NCBI GenBank assembly: GCA_030704615.1
Contig: CM060735.1
Span: 75,842 to 139,841 of the forward strand
DNA length: 64,000 nucleotides
Direction: 5' to 3'
Source of the DNA: Takakia lepidozioides
Lineage: Eukaryota > Plantae > Bryophyta
In this document: one piece after another, positions 1-11,933 of the stretch
How the letters are laid out: every line of letters begins with the position of its first letter
Numbering within the stretch: position 1 is the stretch's first letter
Translations under genes and position numbers: made by a program
Notes under the pieces: generated by a model
What the model was told of the DNA's origin: nothing
Database searches by the model: none
What the model saw: the letters and a program-made list of their open reading frames with translations, nothing else

Positions 1-699
1 CGAAACGTCGACAGAAGGTATACCGTGTTCGTCTGCTAATCTTTTTATTGATCGTATATAATTGAGTATACTATGTAATTGATAATGTTTCTTTTTTTTC
101 TGAGAAGAGCGCGGGGGAAGCGAAGCATATTATTCAGAAGCTTTTTGGCGAGAGAAGAAAGTAGCCCCGGAAAGCCACTTTCGCCCTTCATCCGCTGTGC
201 GAACAAAGTTGACCTCCCAGCCACTTTTTAAGAGGGCTTCCCCCATCGCAAAAAGATCTAGTATTTTTGGGCATTCACTGTGCGGGGACGGAGAGTCATT
301 GTTCCGCGAAGCGCTTTCATCTCTTCCACCGAAGAGATGAAACTGCCAAGCGGGGCGAAGAGAATCGAACGCACAGAAAAAAAAAAATTTGGCAGCGCCC
401 TGCTTGATTCGCTTGACAGGACCCCACGTCCCGGCATGCTCTCAGTGAAAGTTCTCAGAGAGCCCTTCTATCGTTCCCGCCCTCCGGGCTCTCTGGCCGC
501 AGACTGCACTTCGTTGGCTACGCCAACAGAGGCTCTGAGAGATCAATTAAGTTGATGAATGACTGATCATGCCTACTCATCGGGGTTTATCCCATTTTGT
601 TCGCACAGCGATGAAAGGAATGCTAAGAGCTTGCAACACGAGAAAAGCAAAAAAAATCTTTTTTTCTGCTTCACGTTTTCTGGCTTGTAGTTTTCTGGG

Positions 700-1056
700 T
701 TACTCCCGATCTGAAGCGCCCTTTTTCCATTCATATACAAATCCAATCGTCGAAATCAATGAAAATACTATCATAGACCAAGATCCAAACAAACCAATCC
801 TGTTAGGAGGAACTGCCCGAGGAAATGAAAAGGTGACTTCCAAATCAGATATAATAAATGAAATAGAAACGAGATAAAATCGTATATCAAAACGACTTCT
901 GGCATCATCAGAAGGATCAGAACCACATTCGTGAGCTGACAATTTCTCTGGATAAGCCGAACTGGAAGAAGAAGCAGATGAAAAAGAAACGCCAATTGGG
1001 ATCAAGGAAAATAGCAAACTTATTACTAAATAGACACAAATAGGTGCAAATTCCGT
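700..1056 (-). CDS. nad3: NADH dehydrogenase subunit 3 (118 aa; ACG start, edited)
   Basis: ORF 700..1017 contains PEKLSAHECGSDP..DARSRFDIRFYLVSI..FVYEWKKGA. The frame extends upstream to ACG GAA TTT GCA CCT ATT TGT (M E F A P I C after editing) at 1056. Confidence 0.97.
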   Translation of the reverse strand, partial: TEFAPICVYLVISLLFSLIPIGVSFSSASSSSSAYPEKLSAHECGSDPSDDARSRFDIRFYLVSISFIISDLEVTFSFPRAVPPNRIGLFGSWSMIVFSLISTIGFVYEWKKGASDRE

Positions 1057-1079
1057 GAACCAGGAACCGCTTTTTTTTT

Positions 1080-1152
1080 AGGGGAATAGTTCCAATGGTA
1101 GAACAATGGTCTCCAAAACCACAGGTTAAGGGTTCGAATCCCTTTTCTCCTG
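1080..1152 (+). tRNA. trnW: tRNA-Trp (CCA)
   Basis: Cloverleaf: acceptor AGGGGAA/TTCTCCT, anticodon loop CT-CCA-AA, T-loop GGTTCGAATCC. Confidence 0.95.
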
Positions 1153-1274
1153 ATTACACCAGATCTCGGTGGAGGTAGCGATCAATCATCGAACATGATT
1201 GATTAACTTTATAAGTTGTTGCGAAGGGATACACTTGATTTGCTGGAGCCATCAAATATAATTCTTTTTCCCTG

Positions 1275-1585
1275 AAACCCGAATGAGTTGCTAAGGAACT
1301 CACTCTGTGTGAATCTTTGGCGAAAGGGCGACGCGTTTACTGTCAATTTGCTCGCACATGCATAACCTGCGGCCTTTAATGGCGATAAATTTTCCGGAAA
1401 AGACTGATGCATCACTTCGTGATACGGTTCTAATGAAATAATAATTGGGCGATACATAGTCGATCTGCTCTGTTGTTCCTCCAGATCAGAGGGGCCACCC
1501 AAACGTTCCCTGATACGAAATGTTGCCGGCACTAGAAAAGACATGCCGTTACTGGATACCTAATAATATCTAATGGTATATTATC
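1275..1585 (-). pseudogene. Diverged duplicate fragments of the atp1 3' end
   Basis: 1281-1354 aligns with atp1 1900-1968 (gaatgagttgctaag...ctctgtgt...cgaaagg...actgtcaatttgctcg). 1550-1583 reads GYLDNIPLDII on the minus strand versus atp1 [11 protein letters not shown]. Confidence 0.7.
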
Positions 1586-1892
1586 CAAATACCCGTCCCT
1601 GTTCTCTCTTCTTCGGAGTCTAGCTTCGCCCCTTGGTAACTTTGGGAGGACCAAAAAGAGAAAGGATAAGTGAAAAAAAAGTGAAGGGGATGGAGGGGGG
1701 AAGAGCTCCGCTCGTATGGCGAAGCCTTACTAAGGGCGTAGCCGGAGGGCTGAAAAAGAAAGATTTGGCTGCGCCCCGGCCGCTTTCACCCTCCACCCGG
1801 AGGCACGGAAAGAAAACCAGCGGCCTGAAAAAAAATAAAAAAAAAAAAAACTATATATATTTAAAAAAAAAATTTTTTTTAATTTAATCTTT

Positions 1893-4800
1893 TTAAACTG
1901 AATGAGTTGCTAAGAAGCTCTGTGTAAATTTTTGACGAAAGGTAGCCGGTTGACTGTTAATTTGCTCGGTGATGTTTTTTTGTTGTACAATAGCAGAAAG
2001 TATACCTGGGTCCATAGACTTCAAAAGCTCGTGTTCATATTGATTGATGATCGAAATAGGAATTTGATCTAAATAACCTTTGACAGCTGCATAAATAACC
2101 ACGATTTGTTTTTCAATAGGAATTGGGCTATATTGTGGTTGTTTAGGAACCTCTGTTGGCCTAGCCCCACGATTTGATGAATACTGAGTAGCAGCATCAA
2201 GGTCTGAACCGGATTGAGCAGAAGCGGCTACTTCACGATATTGCGCCAATTCTGGTTTTAAGCTCCCACATACTTGTTTCATAGCTTTCAACTGAGCCGC
2301 AGAACCTCGAGAGTAGGGTTCGCGCCCATCTCTAGACGTTAGCACGGGATAGAGAACCCGGCCCCCTCTCAAAGAACCGCGCGCGATAGTCACCTATCAC
2401 ACGGCTCCCTTCTCCTGAAACCTGCCACTTCTAGACGACGACGTTCAAATCAATATCGGTCATCAATACCTTGCCCGCGTGTAGTTCGTCATGATGTCGA
2501 GCACACAGAGGGATTTGCTTCTTCCCATTGAGTGCCGATTGGATAGCCTTAGTTCTCTGTAATATCTTAACCTCTCTGACGGATCGCACTTTGTGCTTCC
2601 CGGCCGTGTAAGCCTTTTCTAGTTGCCGGATATGTTGCATCTCTACGACCCGCGAGTACCTTACTTCGGCTTAACCTTATAAGGAGCCTATTTATGACTG
2701 ACTCAGGCGGGGTTGGGTCCGTCGTTAAGAAGCACTTCTGAAATCCAATTCTTTAGCTTATACGAGGCCTATTGGGGCTTCCACTTGCACCCATCTGGCC
2801 ACCCGTCTGTCCGGCGGAGCTACCCCGCGGCGGCGGCCTCGCTCTCCCATTTCTTCAGTGGCTCTAGTGACTATCTTTCCTCGGTCCACGGCCGCCCGGA
2901 GGGCTTCTAGTATTTCCAGGAATATTTGTATTTCTTCCTCTGGAAACAGTCCTTGTCTCAGGGCTGACCTTAGGAATATCTGAAGGATTTTTTATTGGGT
3001 CTTCCCTCGCCATTGAAAGCTCTCTTCTTTCGGCATAGCCAAAATATGTTGTGTTGCCGTTTCGATAGTCCGTCTTTTGGCTCCGTCCCTACCCAGCTCT
3101 CGGCGCCACTTCTCGTATGCCGAGGTCCAGCATTTCGGAACCGCGCGGCGGCACTCCCTTCCCCAGCACTCTTCTAGCCCTTGCTCAAGTCTCATGGCGT
3201 GAGCTCTAAAAGACCGCCCCGATGTAGGCGGAGCTTACCACAGGCATATGCTTTGGGTTAGGCACCCATGGAAGAACACCCAGGGACGGGATCTTGTCGG
3301 ACACTGCGTGACTGAGTCGATTTTTTTCCGCGTTCACTTGCAGCTTTAGGTCCGATTGTATAAATTGTGTCACTCTCTTCGGGATTTTGAGCGCGGTGGC
3401 CTCGCTCCCTAAGACGCCAATCGGAAAATCGTCTGCATATCTGATGTACCTCACCCTGACGAACCCAGGATTTTTATAGTCTTGGTGGCTGATTCGCAGC
3501 TTCCTTGCCGTGCGCACTCGATGCCGCTTTTCGCGCCTTAGCTGTTCCGGATTCCCCCCTGATCTTGCCATCGTTCTCTCATCCAGGTAAATTAGCTTTC
3601 GATATTCGGGGTTGATGTGGCGTTTCTTAGATTCCGTGTTCCACTCCTTCTTAATTCGGTCTACTCCATCGTCCGGTCGGTGGGGGTAGATGTTGCACAA
3701 AAGAGATGACGGTACGCTTCCTTGAGGTATCTTCTCATATGTAGGTCTTCCCACGCCTATTATGCCCACGTGGAACATCTGTGTTAACGTATCCAAAAAG
3801 CGTTGATCCTGTATCTTCTCCGAAAGGATGCCTTTGAGCCTTTTCTGATTCGAGGTATCGTAGCACTTCCGAATGTCAACCTCAATGAACCAGGACGTTC
3901 CTTTCCATCCATACCTTACGGTTTCGAGTGCCGTGTGGCAGGACTTGCCCGGTCTGAACCCGTGCGAGTCCTCCGAGAATGTTGGTTCGTATTATATTCT
4001 TTCTAGGACCGCTCTGATGGCTTCTTTTATTACCTGGTACCTGGGGCTGATCACCGTAAGCGGTCTCGTCTTCCCGGTTTTTCCTGGTTTCGGGATGTTG
4101 ACTCGTCCCGCGGGTTCGAATGGATAATATGTCCCCGCGCGCAGTTGTTCTGCGGTGTGCCCGAACCATCTCCAGTTGATGCCCTCCAGGGGGTAAAAAA
4201 ATGTCCCCGAGTTTTTATTTGATGTGTTCGCACGCTGCTATGAGCGCATGCGGGTCAGCTATTATGTCGAGGATCTCCCGATATTTTCCGTCGACGTTAG
4301 GTTTCAGTTTCCGAATTCGATTGGCCGCAGCCTCAACTCGGACAGGAGAAGCAGGACTTTCCTGATTCTCAGTTCTATCCATCGCCGAACTGACGAGGTT
4401 CCCCTCGCAAGTTCTTGTGGTGGTTCCACTGGGACCGTACGAATCGCAGCCTCTCCCCATGGACAGGCCCCGATTCCCATCGGGAGTTCCCTCTAGGTAT
4501 TGAACGATTTGTAGGGCCTTGGTTGACCCGTTCGTCGCCGTGGAGTCTGTGTGTTTTCCGACGCAGGGTTCCCCTTTTCCTCCCCGTGTAGTAGAAGTAC
4601 TCATGCTGCGGACGGCACATATCCCGAGTTAACGCAGGTGTAATCCTGGGTGTCTCCCCTCTGAGAGTAGGGCGACCATCATCGAGGTTCGTTCTCCTAA
4701 ACTTCCGATAGTTAGTTTCTGACTTACCTGCTTCCGACCCAGTTCCGGCCGGGTAAGGCAGATTACGCGCTGAGGGATCCTACGCAGAGCTTTCCAACTC

Positions 4801-5972
4801 CAGCGATCCCATGTAGATCTCACCCCGCTCACACGACTTACAGATAATCCCACGTTAATAGCAGGTCGAATTCCACGATAAAAGAGTTCTGTTTCCAAAA
4901 AGATTTGTCCATCTGTAATGGGAATAACATTGGTAGGAATATAAGCAGACACGTCTCCAGCTTGTGTTTCGATCACAGGTGATGCAGTCAAGCTACCCGC
5001 ACCAGTCTGGTCTGACATTTTAGCGGCTCTTTCTAATGAACGGGAATGTAAATGGAACACATCTCCTGGGAACGCCTCACGACCCGGTGGTCGACGTAAT
5101 AATAATGACATTTGGCGATGGGCCACTGATTGCTTACTCAGGTCATCATAAATGATTAATGCGTGCATTCCATTATCTCGAGAATATTCTCCCATAGCAC
5201 GACCTGAATATGGTGCCGGGAATTGCAGAGGAGCGGGATCCGGAGCAGTGGCTGCTGCGATAATGCGATATTCTAAAGCGCCCGCTTCTGAAGGAATCTT
5301 AACTAATTGTGCCACGGTTGAACGTTTCTGTCCAATCGCTACATACACACAATACAATTTTTCACTATCCGAGGTGCCCTGTGCGTTGATTTGTTTCTGG
5401 TTCGATATGGTATCAATAGCTATAGCAGTCTTTCCAGTTTGTCTGTCTCCTATTATAAGTTCTCGTTGACCACGACCTATAGGAACCAGGCTATCCACTG
5501 CTTTTAATCCCGTTTGCATGGGTTCGTGCACAGATTTACGTGCAATAATCCCGGGGGCTTTAACTTCTACACGTCTCCGTTCCGCAGCGCTTAAAGCACC
5601 TTTTCCATCAATAGGTACTCCTAACGCATCAACCACACGACCTAACAAGGCCTTTCCTACAGGAACATCCACAATAGATCCAGTGCGTTTGACAATATCT
5701 CCTTCTTTAATGGCAGTATCACTACCAGATATAACGATTCCTACATTCTCATTTTCTGGATTCAAAGCCATTCCTTTCACACCGCTGGCAAATTCAACCA
5801 TTTCCCCGGCCTGAATCTTGTTTGATCCATAAACACGTGCAATTCCATCTCCAACTGATACCACTCGACCGATCTCATCCACTTGCAATTTAGTGTAGTA
5901 ATTGGTAATTCTTTGTTCTAATAATGTAGATAGTTCCGCTCCAGCCAATTCATTTCCAGTCAATTTGTTCGT
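1893..5972 (-). CDS. atp1: ATP synthase F1 alpha subunit (518 aa; exons 5972-4831 and 2307-1893; ACG start)
   Basis: Motifs [25 protein letters not shown] and [13 protein letters not shown]|GSAAQ. The joined exons total 1557 nt in frame. Confidence 0.97.
2308..4830 (-). mobile_element. Group II intron at the moss atp1i1127/1128 site, with decayed RT/maturase/HNH ORF
   Basis: 5' end GAGCG; domain V at about 2373-2407. Broken ORFs carry [11 protein letters not shown] (3206-3796) and an HNH-like [14 protein letters not shown] (2431-2640). Confidence 0.9.
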
Positions 5973-6069
5973 AAATTAATCAAACCTTCTACCAATAAAT
6001 TAAAAAATTCCACAATCTGAACCTTCAGATTGTGCCCAATTTATCATCTTCAATGATGAATCGGGACGG

Positions 6070-6072
<3 letters not shown>

Positions 6073-6105
<33 letters not shown>
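6073..6105 (+). repeat. G33 homopolymer upstream of atp1
   Basis: Run of 33 G seen directly in the sequence. Confidence 0.9.
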
Positions 6106-6106
<1 letters not shown>

Positions 6107-6492
6107 TTGGCCGAGCTCCTTGAGGCCAATAAAACGAAAGGGGAAGAGAAGACGCGAAAAAAAAAGAATTTTTTAGGGCGTAGCCAAAAAATTTTTGGGG
6201 ATTTTTTGGCGCAGCAAGAAATATTTTTTTTTCTTCTCTCCACCTTTCTTCGTTAAGCCAATGAAGTAGCGGAGGCCCACTTTCTTCTCTCGAACCCCCA
6301 TCACCCGAGCGCGGCGTTTTCACGAAGGGTCAACACTCCCGCTGTTTCGGCTTGGAAAGACCGGGGTTGGTTCGAACAGGCAAAGCGGATTATTCGGCTT
6401 GCCGCAGAACCGAGCCAAGCATGCAATTACTACGGAATTGCATATTCTCGAGATGGCTGTAAGCATTTTTTGCTTACTTTCCATTCGATTTG

Positions 6493-9400
6493 TCACTCAC
6501 TACGCGACTTTTGTTCCCAAGGACTAGCGAAATCAAAATAGCGAAATTCTTGAGTCATCTCGATAGGTTCAGAAACCACACGTTTCTCTGAATCATCATA
6601 ACGTACTTCCACATATCCACTTGAAGGAAGGTCTTTTCGTAATGGATGACCCTCAAAACCATAATCTGTTGATATACGGCGTAAATCAGGATGATTGGAA
6701 AAATACACACCAAACATATCCCACACTTCTCGCTCCCACCGGCCGGCTGATGGAAATATACTGACTACCGAACGAATTGGAGTTATTTCGTCTACACTGG
6801 TTTGTACACGAATGCGTGAGTTATACTGAATACGTAGGGTCGAGAGTTCCATCGCAGAGCCGCAGTTTCTCCGTGCACTCTCGCGATATAACAAAGTGCT
6901 CTCCGAACCGTGCGAGATGGTTACCCATCACACGGCTCTCCAACTCAAGTTTACCTATGGTTGTTCACAATCGTATGCCTCTAACCGTGTGCTTCCCTAT
7001 GACAGTTTTGGCACAGGGGTAGGCAAAAAAAAATAATATATTTTTTTCCCGGGAACCACCGTACATGGAGCACCCGCGGCCTGGCGTTATGGCCAGAACT
7101 AGCACATATGGCTTCCAGAGCTGCTGCGCCCTTGTATTGCTTTTCATGGTAACTTTCGTAAGGGAATGGGCTTTGCGATTCAAGCGGACTTTGCCCCCCG
7201 CGGTTGCCAGTTCTTGGCTAGCGGTTTGGTGTCGGGTAGCAGTATTTAACCATATCGCGTATGGTATAGGGAATGGCTGGGAGGTGGCCGTTCAGTTCAA
7301 CCCTGGCCCGCTACGCGAACGAAGTGGTCTTGTACCCCAAAAAGACCCCGTCTCGCAAGGGTGCGCCTCCTGCCATGGCATGGCTCTTCTTAGCCTTAAT
7401 CGGGTTTGACGGGTCTCTATCACCCTTGGCAAACACCTCAGCTGCGGTGCTGCCTAGTCGAAATTTGGTCGCATATGCTTTGGCCAGTGAGGTACGTAGT
7501 ATGTAGCTCAAGCACGTTATACATCGGCGTTTAGAGTTCGCCAGATGGTAATAGTTGGCGGGGCCACGGGGAATGGAGGCTACGCACGCTACCGAGTGAC
7601 TTCGAGGATACTGAGAGTAAGCAAAAATTGGTTTCGGGTCATCCGATTTATCACAAAATCCCTTCTCTGCCAGACGTTTCATAACTTTTTTCTGCATATC
7701 GACAAGTAAGCTAAGCCCACCAGATCGATGGATTCTTCCTCATGTTGTTATCCATTTGCCTCCATATCGTCGACCAAACTTGTAGGTATATTCCGAATCG
7801 CGACTAGTAAGATAGATATCCAAGGAAAGGAATCTTCTTCTTTTTGGCTCGGGTTATTAGGGTCCTATCTAGGTTAAGCCCAAGCTCAAGCCGCACTTCA
7901 ATAAATCGTGTAACCAAGTCACGTATCCTTTCTGCCAGAGCTCGTGAACCAAATACTCCAATAGGAAAATCATCCGCGAAACGCACGTAGTTTATTCGCC
8001 GAAAATGGATGTCTTGCGGGTGGCCTGGACCGAGGTTTCGTGCTGTTTCAACCCTGACTCTATGTGTCCTGGATTGATTGCCCTACATCGTCCTCTGTCA
8101 ACAATACGTTTCGATCGCAGGACAGAACCATCCAGCTCCTGAGGCCCTCTGTTGCGGGGCCAAAACCTTCGGCCTTTGTAATGAATGCTTTTTCTCCCGG
8201 CGGAGGCCATGAGACTCGCTTCGAGCCCTTTTTCTTGCACTGGGTTCAAGAATCTGTTGTCTCGAATTCTTCGCCTTGGTGATCGATTGTATCGAAGCTT
8301 TGCGAGAGCCTTCGGCCCTCTATGAACCGGATAGTACCCAAAAAGTCACGGCGTATCTGCTTCGAGCAGGTTTGTTGGGAGCGGCCCGGTATAGATCCTT
8401 GGAAACATGGAAGGAAGTACGGCTCGTACACCGTCTCCAGGATTGTACGAATCACTTCCCGTACCAGTATATCCTGGGATTCAGGTATATCTAGCGGTCT
8501 GAAAGAAAAAAAAATAGTTTGCTCCAAATTTTACCGAAACATTTTTGGAAAATCAATAAAAACCCTTTTTTTGCGAAATATTTTTGCTGCGACCTTCTGG
8601 CGTTTTTCGCCCCGAAACGGAATTCGGAGTTGATCACCGAATCCCTCAGTGTTTCTGGTGCTTCGATCAAGGTGCCGCATATAGTTCCCCTATAACCACC
8701 GTTCCTCGAACCCGAATTGGATGAAAGCTTAGGCGGCAATCCACAACAGATTGATGTCTTTTATGAGCCGAAAAAAGGCCTTCTGCCTTGCCTGGAACTG
8801 CTCTTTCTGACAATGTTTCCAAAGGGCAGGAAGGCGATCGGAATATGTAGAGGCGGAAAAAAAATATATATATTTTTTTTTCTTAGCCGCTTAGTCTCAT
8901 CCGAGCGTAATCTCGATCTCTTCATGCTGCTTGAGTATGCAACGTACCGGTACGTCGATTTAGGCTCCTTCCCTTCCGCTGTACAGTGCCAGCGCTTTCC
9001 CCTCACAGGGTCTCTTTCGATTAGGCAGGTACTACAAGCCCTCTGCCCCATTCGAAAAAACAAACGTCCGAATGGTTCACCGGTTCCACCGAATGCTCGT
9101 AATTGGATGCTCTTGGGCATCTCCGCGCAGTGCGCTTCAGGTGCTTTAGATACCCCAGGCTTTGACTTCGAAAGAATCAAGCGCTGTGCCTTTGATGCCT
9201 CGCCCTTTGCTCCGATTCCCATGAGCGTAGCGAAAAAAAAAATACTTTGGGGATCCCGGTTCCTTTGTTGTCCTGGTACGATCGTCACTAAGCTCCGTCG
9301 TACAAAGAAGACGCTGTAATACTCCATTGGAGTCTTGCCGAACGCGCCCGGGCTAATATCCCACCTACACCTCACGTTCACGAATGACAAAAAAAAAAAT

Positions 9401-9868
9401 AAATTTTTCCCCGTTCAACTGCGTTTCGAAGAAACGGTTGGGTATCGCCCATGGGTTGGCTATTCCCTGTGATCCCCTTTCACGACAGGCTATGTTCCCC
9501 ATTGGAAGTTCGTTCCGTTGGGTGTCTCTGGCGGTATATCCGTCAGATAAGTCGTGCCCGTCTCGTTGCAGACTTCTACAACGTCTCATTCGTCTGGCAC
9601 AAATGAGCACTTTATTCGGTGACTTCACGGTCGCCCTCAGTAAATTATAAACTACTTCGAATCTTCGTTTTCGAGAAGGATAATCAACTGCACGAATATC
9701 GATCAAAACTTGAAAACGTGTATTGGTATGATATTTAAGAAACCATAATAATTGAGATAGGTAATCAGGATTGGTATATAATATATTTTCATGTTTTGAT
9801 CTTTGAAATTGATGTATCCATTTTGGTAAAGTAGCTATCAGAGATTTGAAAAACGATTGGTCATCCAC
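6493..9868 (-). CDS. nad9: NADH dehydrogenase subunit 9 (190 aa; exons 9868-9637 and 6833-6493; GTG start)
   Basis: [17 protein letters not shown]|[38 protein letters not shown]. Confidence 0.95.
6834..9636 (-). mobile_element. Group II intron nad9i283 with decayed maturase
   Basis: 5' GGGCG, 3' CCCTAC, domain V at about 6905-6938. RT fragments [24 protein letters not shown] and RFADDF, plus X-domain fragment [19 protein letters not shown]. Confidence 0.92.
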
Positions 9869-10615
9869 AAATCGTCTCTTTTTTTCTAGGAAGTGAACAC
9901 ATTAAAACACAAGTTGAAGGGCGAAGCAAAGTTTAGTATTACGAAGGATAAATAAAAAAGGGGGAGCTTCGCTGATTCCGGACTTTATTGACGTAATCCT
10001 TCATAGGCAGGATTTAGCCGGCATAACAAGGCCACAGGTTGCGCTTCTAAAGCCTCAACCTACGATTTATACTGCAGCCATTCAGAGAGCCACGGTTTCA
10101 ACTACTTAATTAGCCAAGGACTCACTCAGAATAGGAAGTCTGAGGCCCGAAGTCAGAATATCTATGTATAGCTCACATGAAAAGGCCGAAGGTCCTTTCA
10201 CGGACTTTCGTCTTCCTCAGATAGGGGAGGGGAGACCCTTATTCATTCTATGAAGATTCTTCTATAAATAGGGACTGGGTATAAAATTATAAAATTGGGG
10301 CTGCAGAGATTAAAGGTAAGAAGGACCCCCACAGTAAATACGCTGCGTAGCCATTTAATCTCCAGTGCAAATGTTAGAATGTTACAGAGTGCTCCGCTAC
10401 GAATCGAACCAATTCGAGCTTGTAAACCTGGTGAACCAGGGAAACCCAGGAAACGTGAAGCCAAAGATAAATCTATATTTTTTGGGGGCCAATACAAGGA
10501 GCGAAGCTAGCTTTCTTGAAAAGCTCGGTAAGTAAGCGCTACGCTGCGCCTTGCGTCTCAACCGAAACTTTCGGGACGGAGGAAGCGGGGGCGAGGCGGG
10601 GCTCCAGCCCCCCTA

Positions 10616-10693
10616 ATGGACTAGGTCCTTAGAGGGCATACCCGCAAGACCTTCTCAAAGAACCGTACGTGGCAGTCGCCCGTCATACGGCTC
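10616..10693 (-). other. Orphan group II intron domains V-VI in the cob-nad9 spacer
   Basis: Minus strand reads GAGCCGTATGACGGGCGACTGCCACGTACGGTTC, then a stem AGGTCTT/AAGGACCT ending ..AGTCCAT. No host exon recognised. Confidence 0.75.
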
Positions 10694-11933
10694 CCCTTAT
10701 TCCCCAGCCGGTACATTTTTTCGACTCGGAACCATTGATGCGGCTCAAATTAATCTCGCCCGCATGCTGTTCGTCCGGCGGCTATATGTATTTTTCCATA
10801 TAGCCGCAGTAGACTATTCACTTGCCCGCGATAAAGCATCTGAAATAGACCATATACCATACCATGGAAGAAAAGGATCGAAATCCACAACCAGCCAAAT
10901 CCTAAATTGAGGTATAAAACATCTTTTTTGGTAGAAACGAATATACCAATTTATTTATTTTATTTATTTTAGTTATACGTGTTAGTTATACGTGGTATAT
11001 CGTATTTTGAGACTATGGACTATGGTATGAAACTTTTTCATAGCATATCTTATAAACCATCGGTTAACTGGGATGGAAATACAAGGAAATATACAAAAAA
11101 CTAAGATGTTGCCATGAACTGAAAGAACAGTCGCGGGATCCATGGAATCGGGATGGATTAAAGCCATCCACCAAGTGTCCCCAAGTAAAGCCCCAACCAA
11201 CTCGTTATCGAGTAAGGCTCTCCACCCGTCGTCCGCAGGAGATTCCCGCCCGGGGTGAATGTGCTACCGCTGGGTCGTTCTGGCTGTCATAAGGAGCGGG
11301 TACTTAGCCGGGAGAAGCTTCGCTACTGGGTAGTGCGCCAACAGCACCGGCCGTGCCTTCGGCACGATGTTGGACAATGGAAACAGGACCGATCGCCTGG
11401 GCGTCACCGTCCTTATTAAGCTTTGAGACGCTCCTACGACTTTATCTTGCCACAATTGAGGCTATCATTGCTATAGAAACTACAAAAGCCTCGGTGACTG
11501 GGGTTGACATAACAGAAACGACTCTTTTGATAGCCGCCGTGCCAACACCATATGTATATGTAATGATAGTCTCTCCAGAAGACTTAACGAAGTCGAGGAA
11601 ATCTCGCAATGGTAGATCATCAGTTTTAATGGAAACAGTAGACGGTAACTGTCCGGATGATAACGCGCTGGCCGCAATAGGCCCAGCGGAACCAAATAAA
11701 CTATCAGGAGGCGTGCCCGGTATAAAAATTACCGGTATAATAAATCTGCGCATAGTTGGGATACGTTATAGGCATAGATGGCTCTTGCGTAGTATTCAGA
11801 TCTGGTGTAGAATCAGCCAAATCTCGGCGGATTGAAGAGATAGAAGAAGCCAAATCGATGGAGAAGAGACGGCGGCGCACAGAAACCAAATACGAGGATT
11901 TGGTAGTAATACGGTTAATAAATTGATAGCTTT

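Noticed and set aside
5152-5814. Plus-strand ORFs opposite atp1, and similar antisense ORFs over other genes
   Set aside because: Shadow frames of real CDSs.
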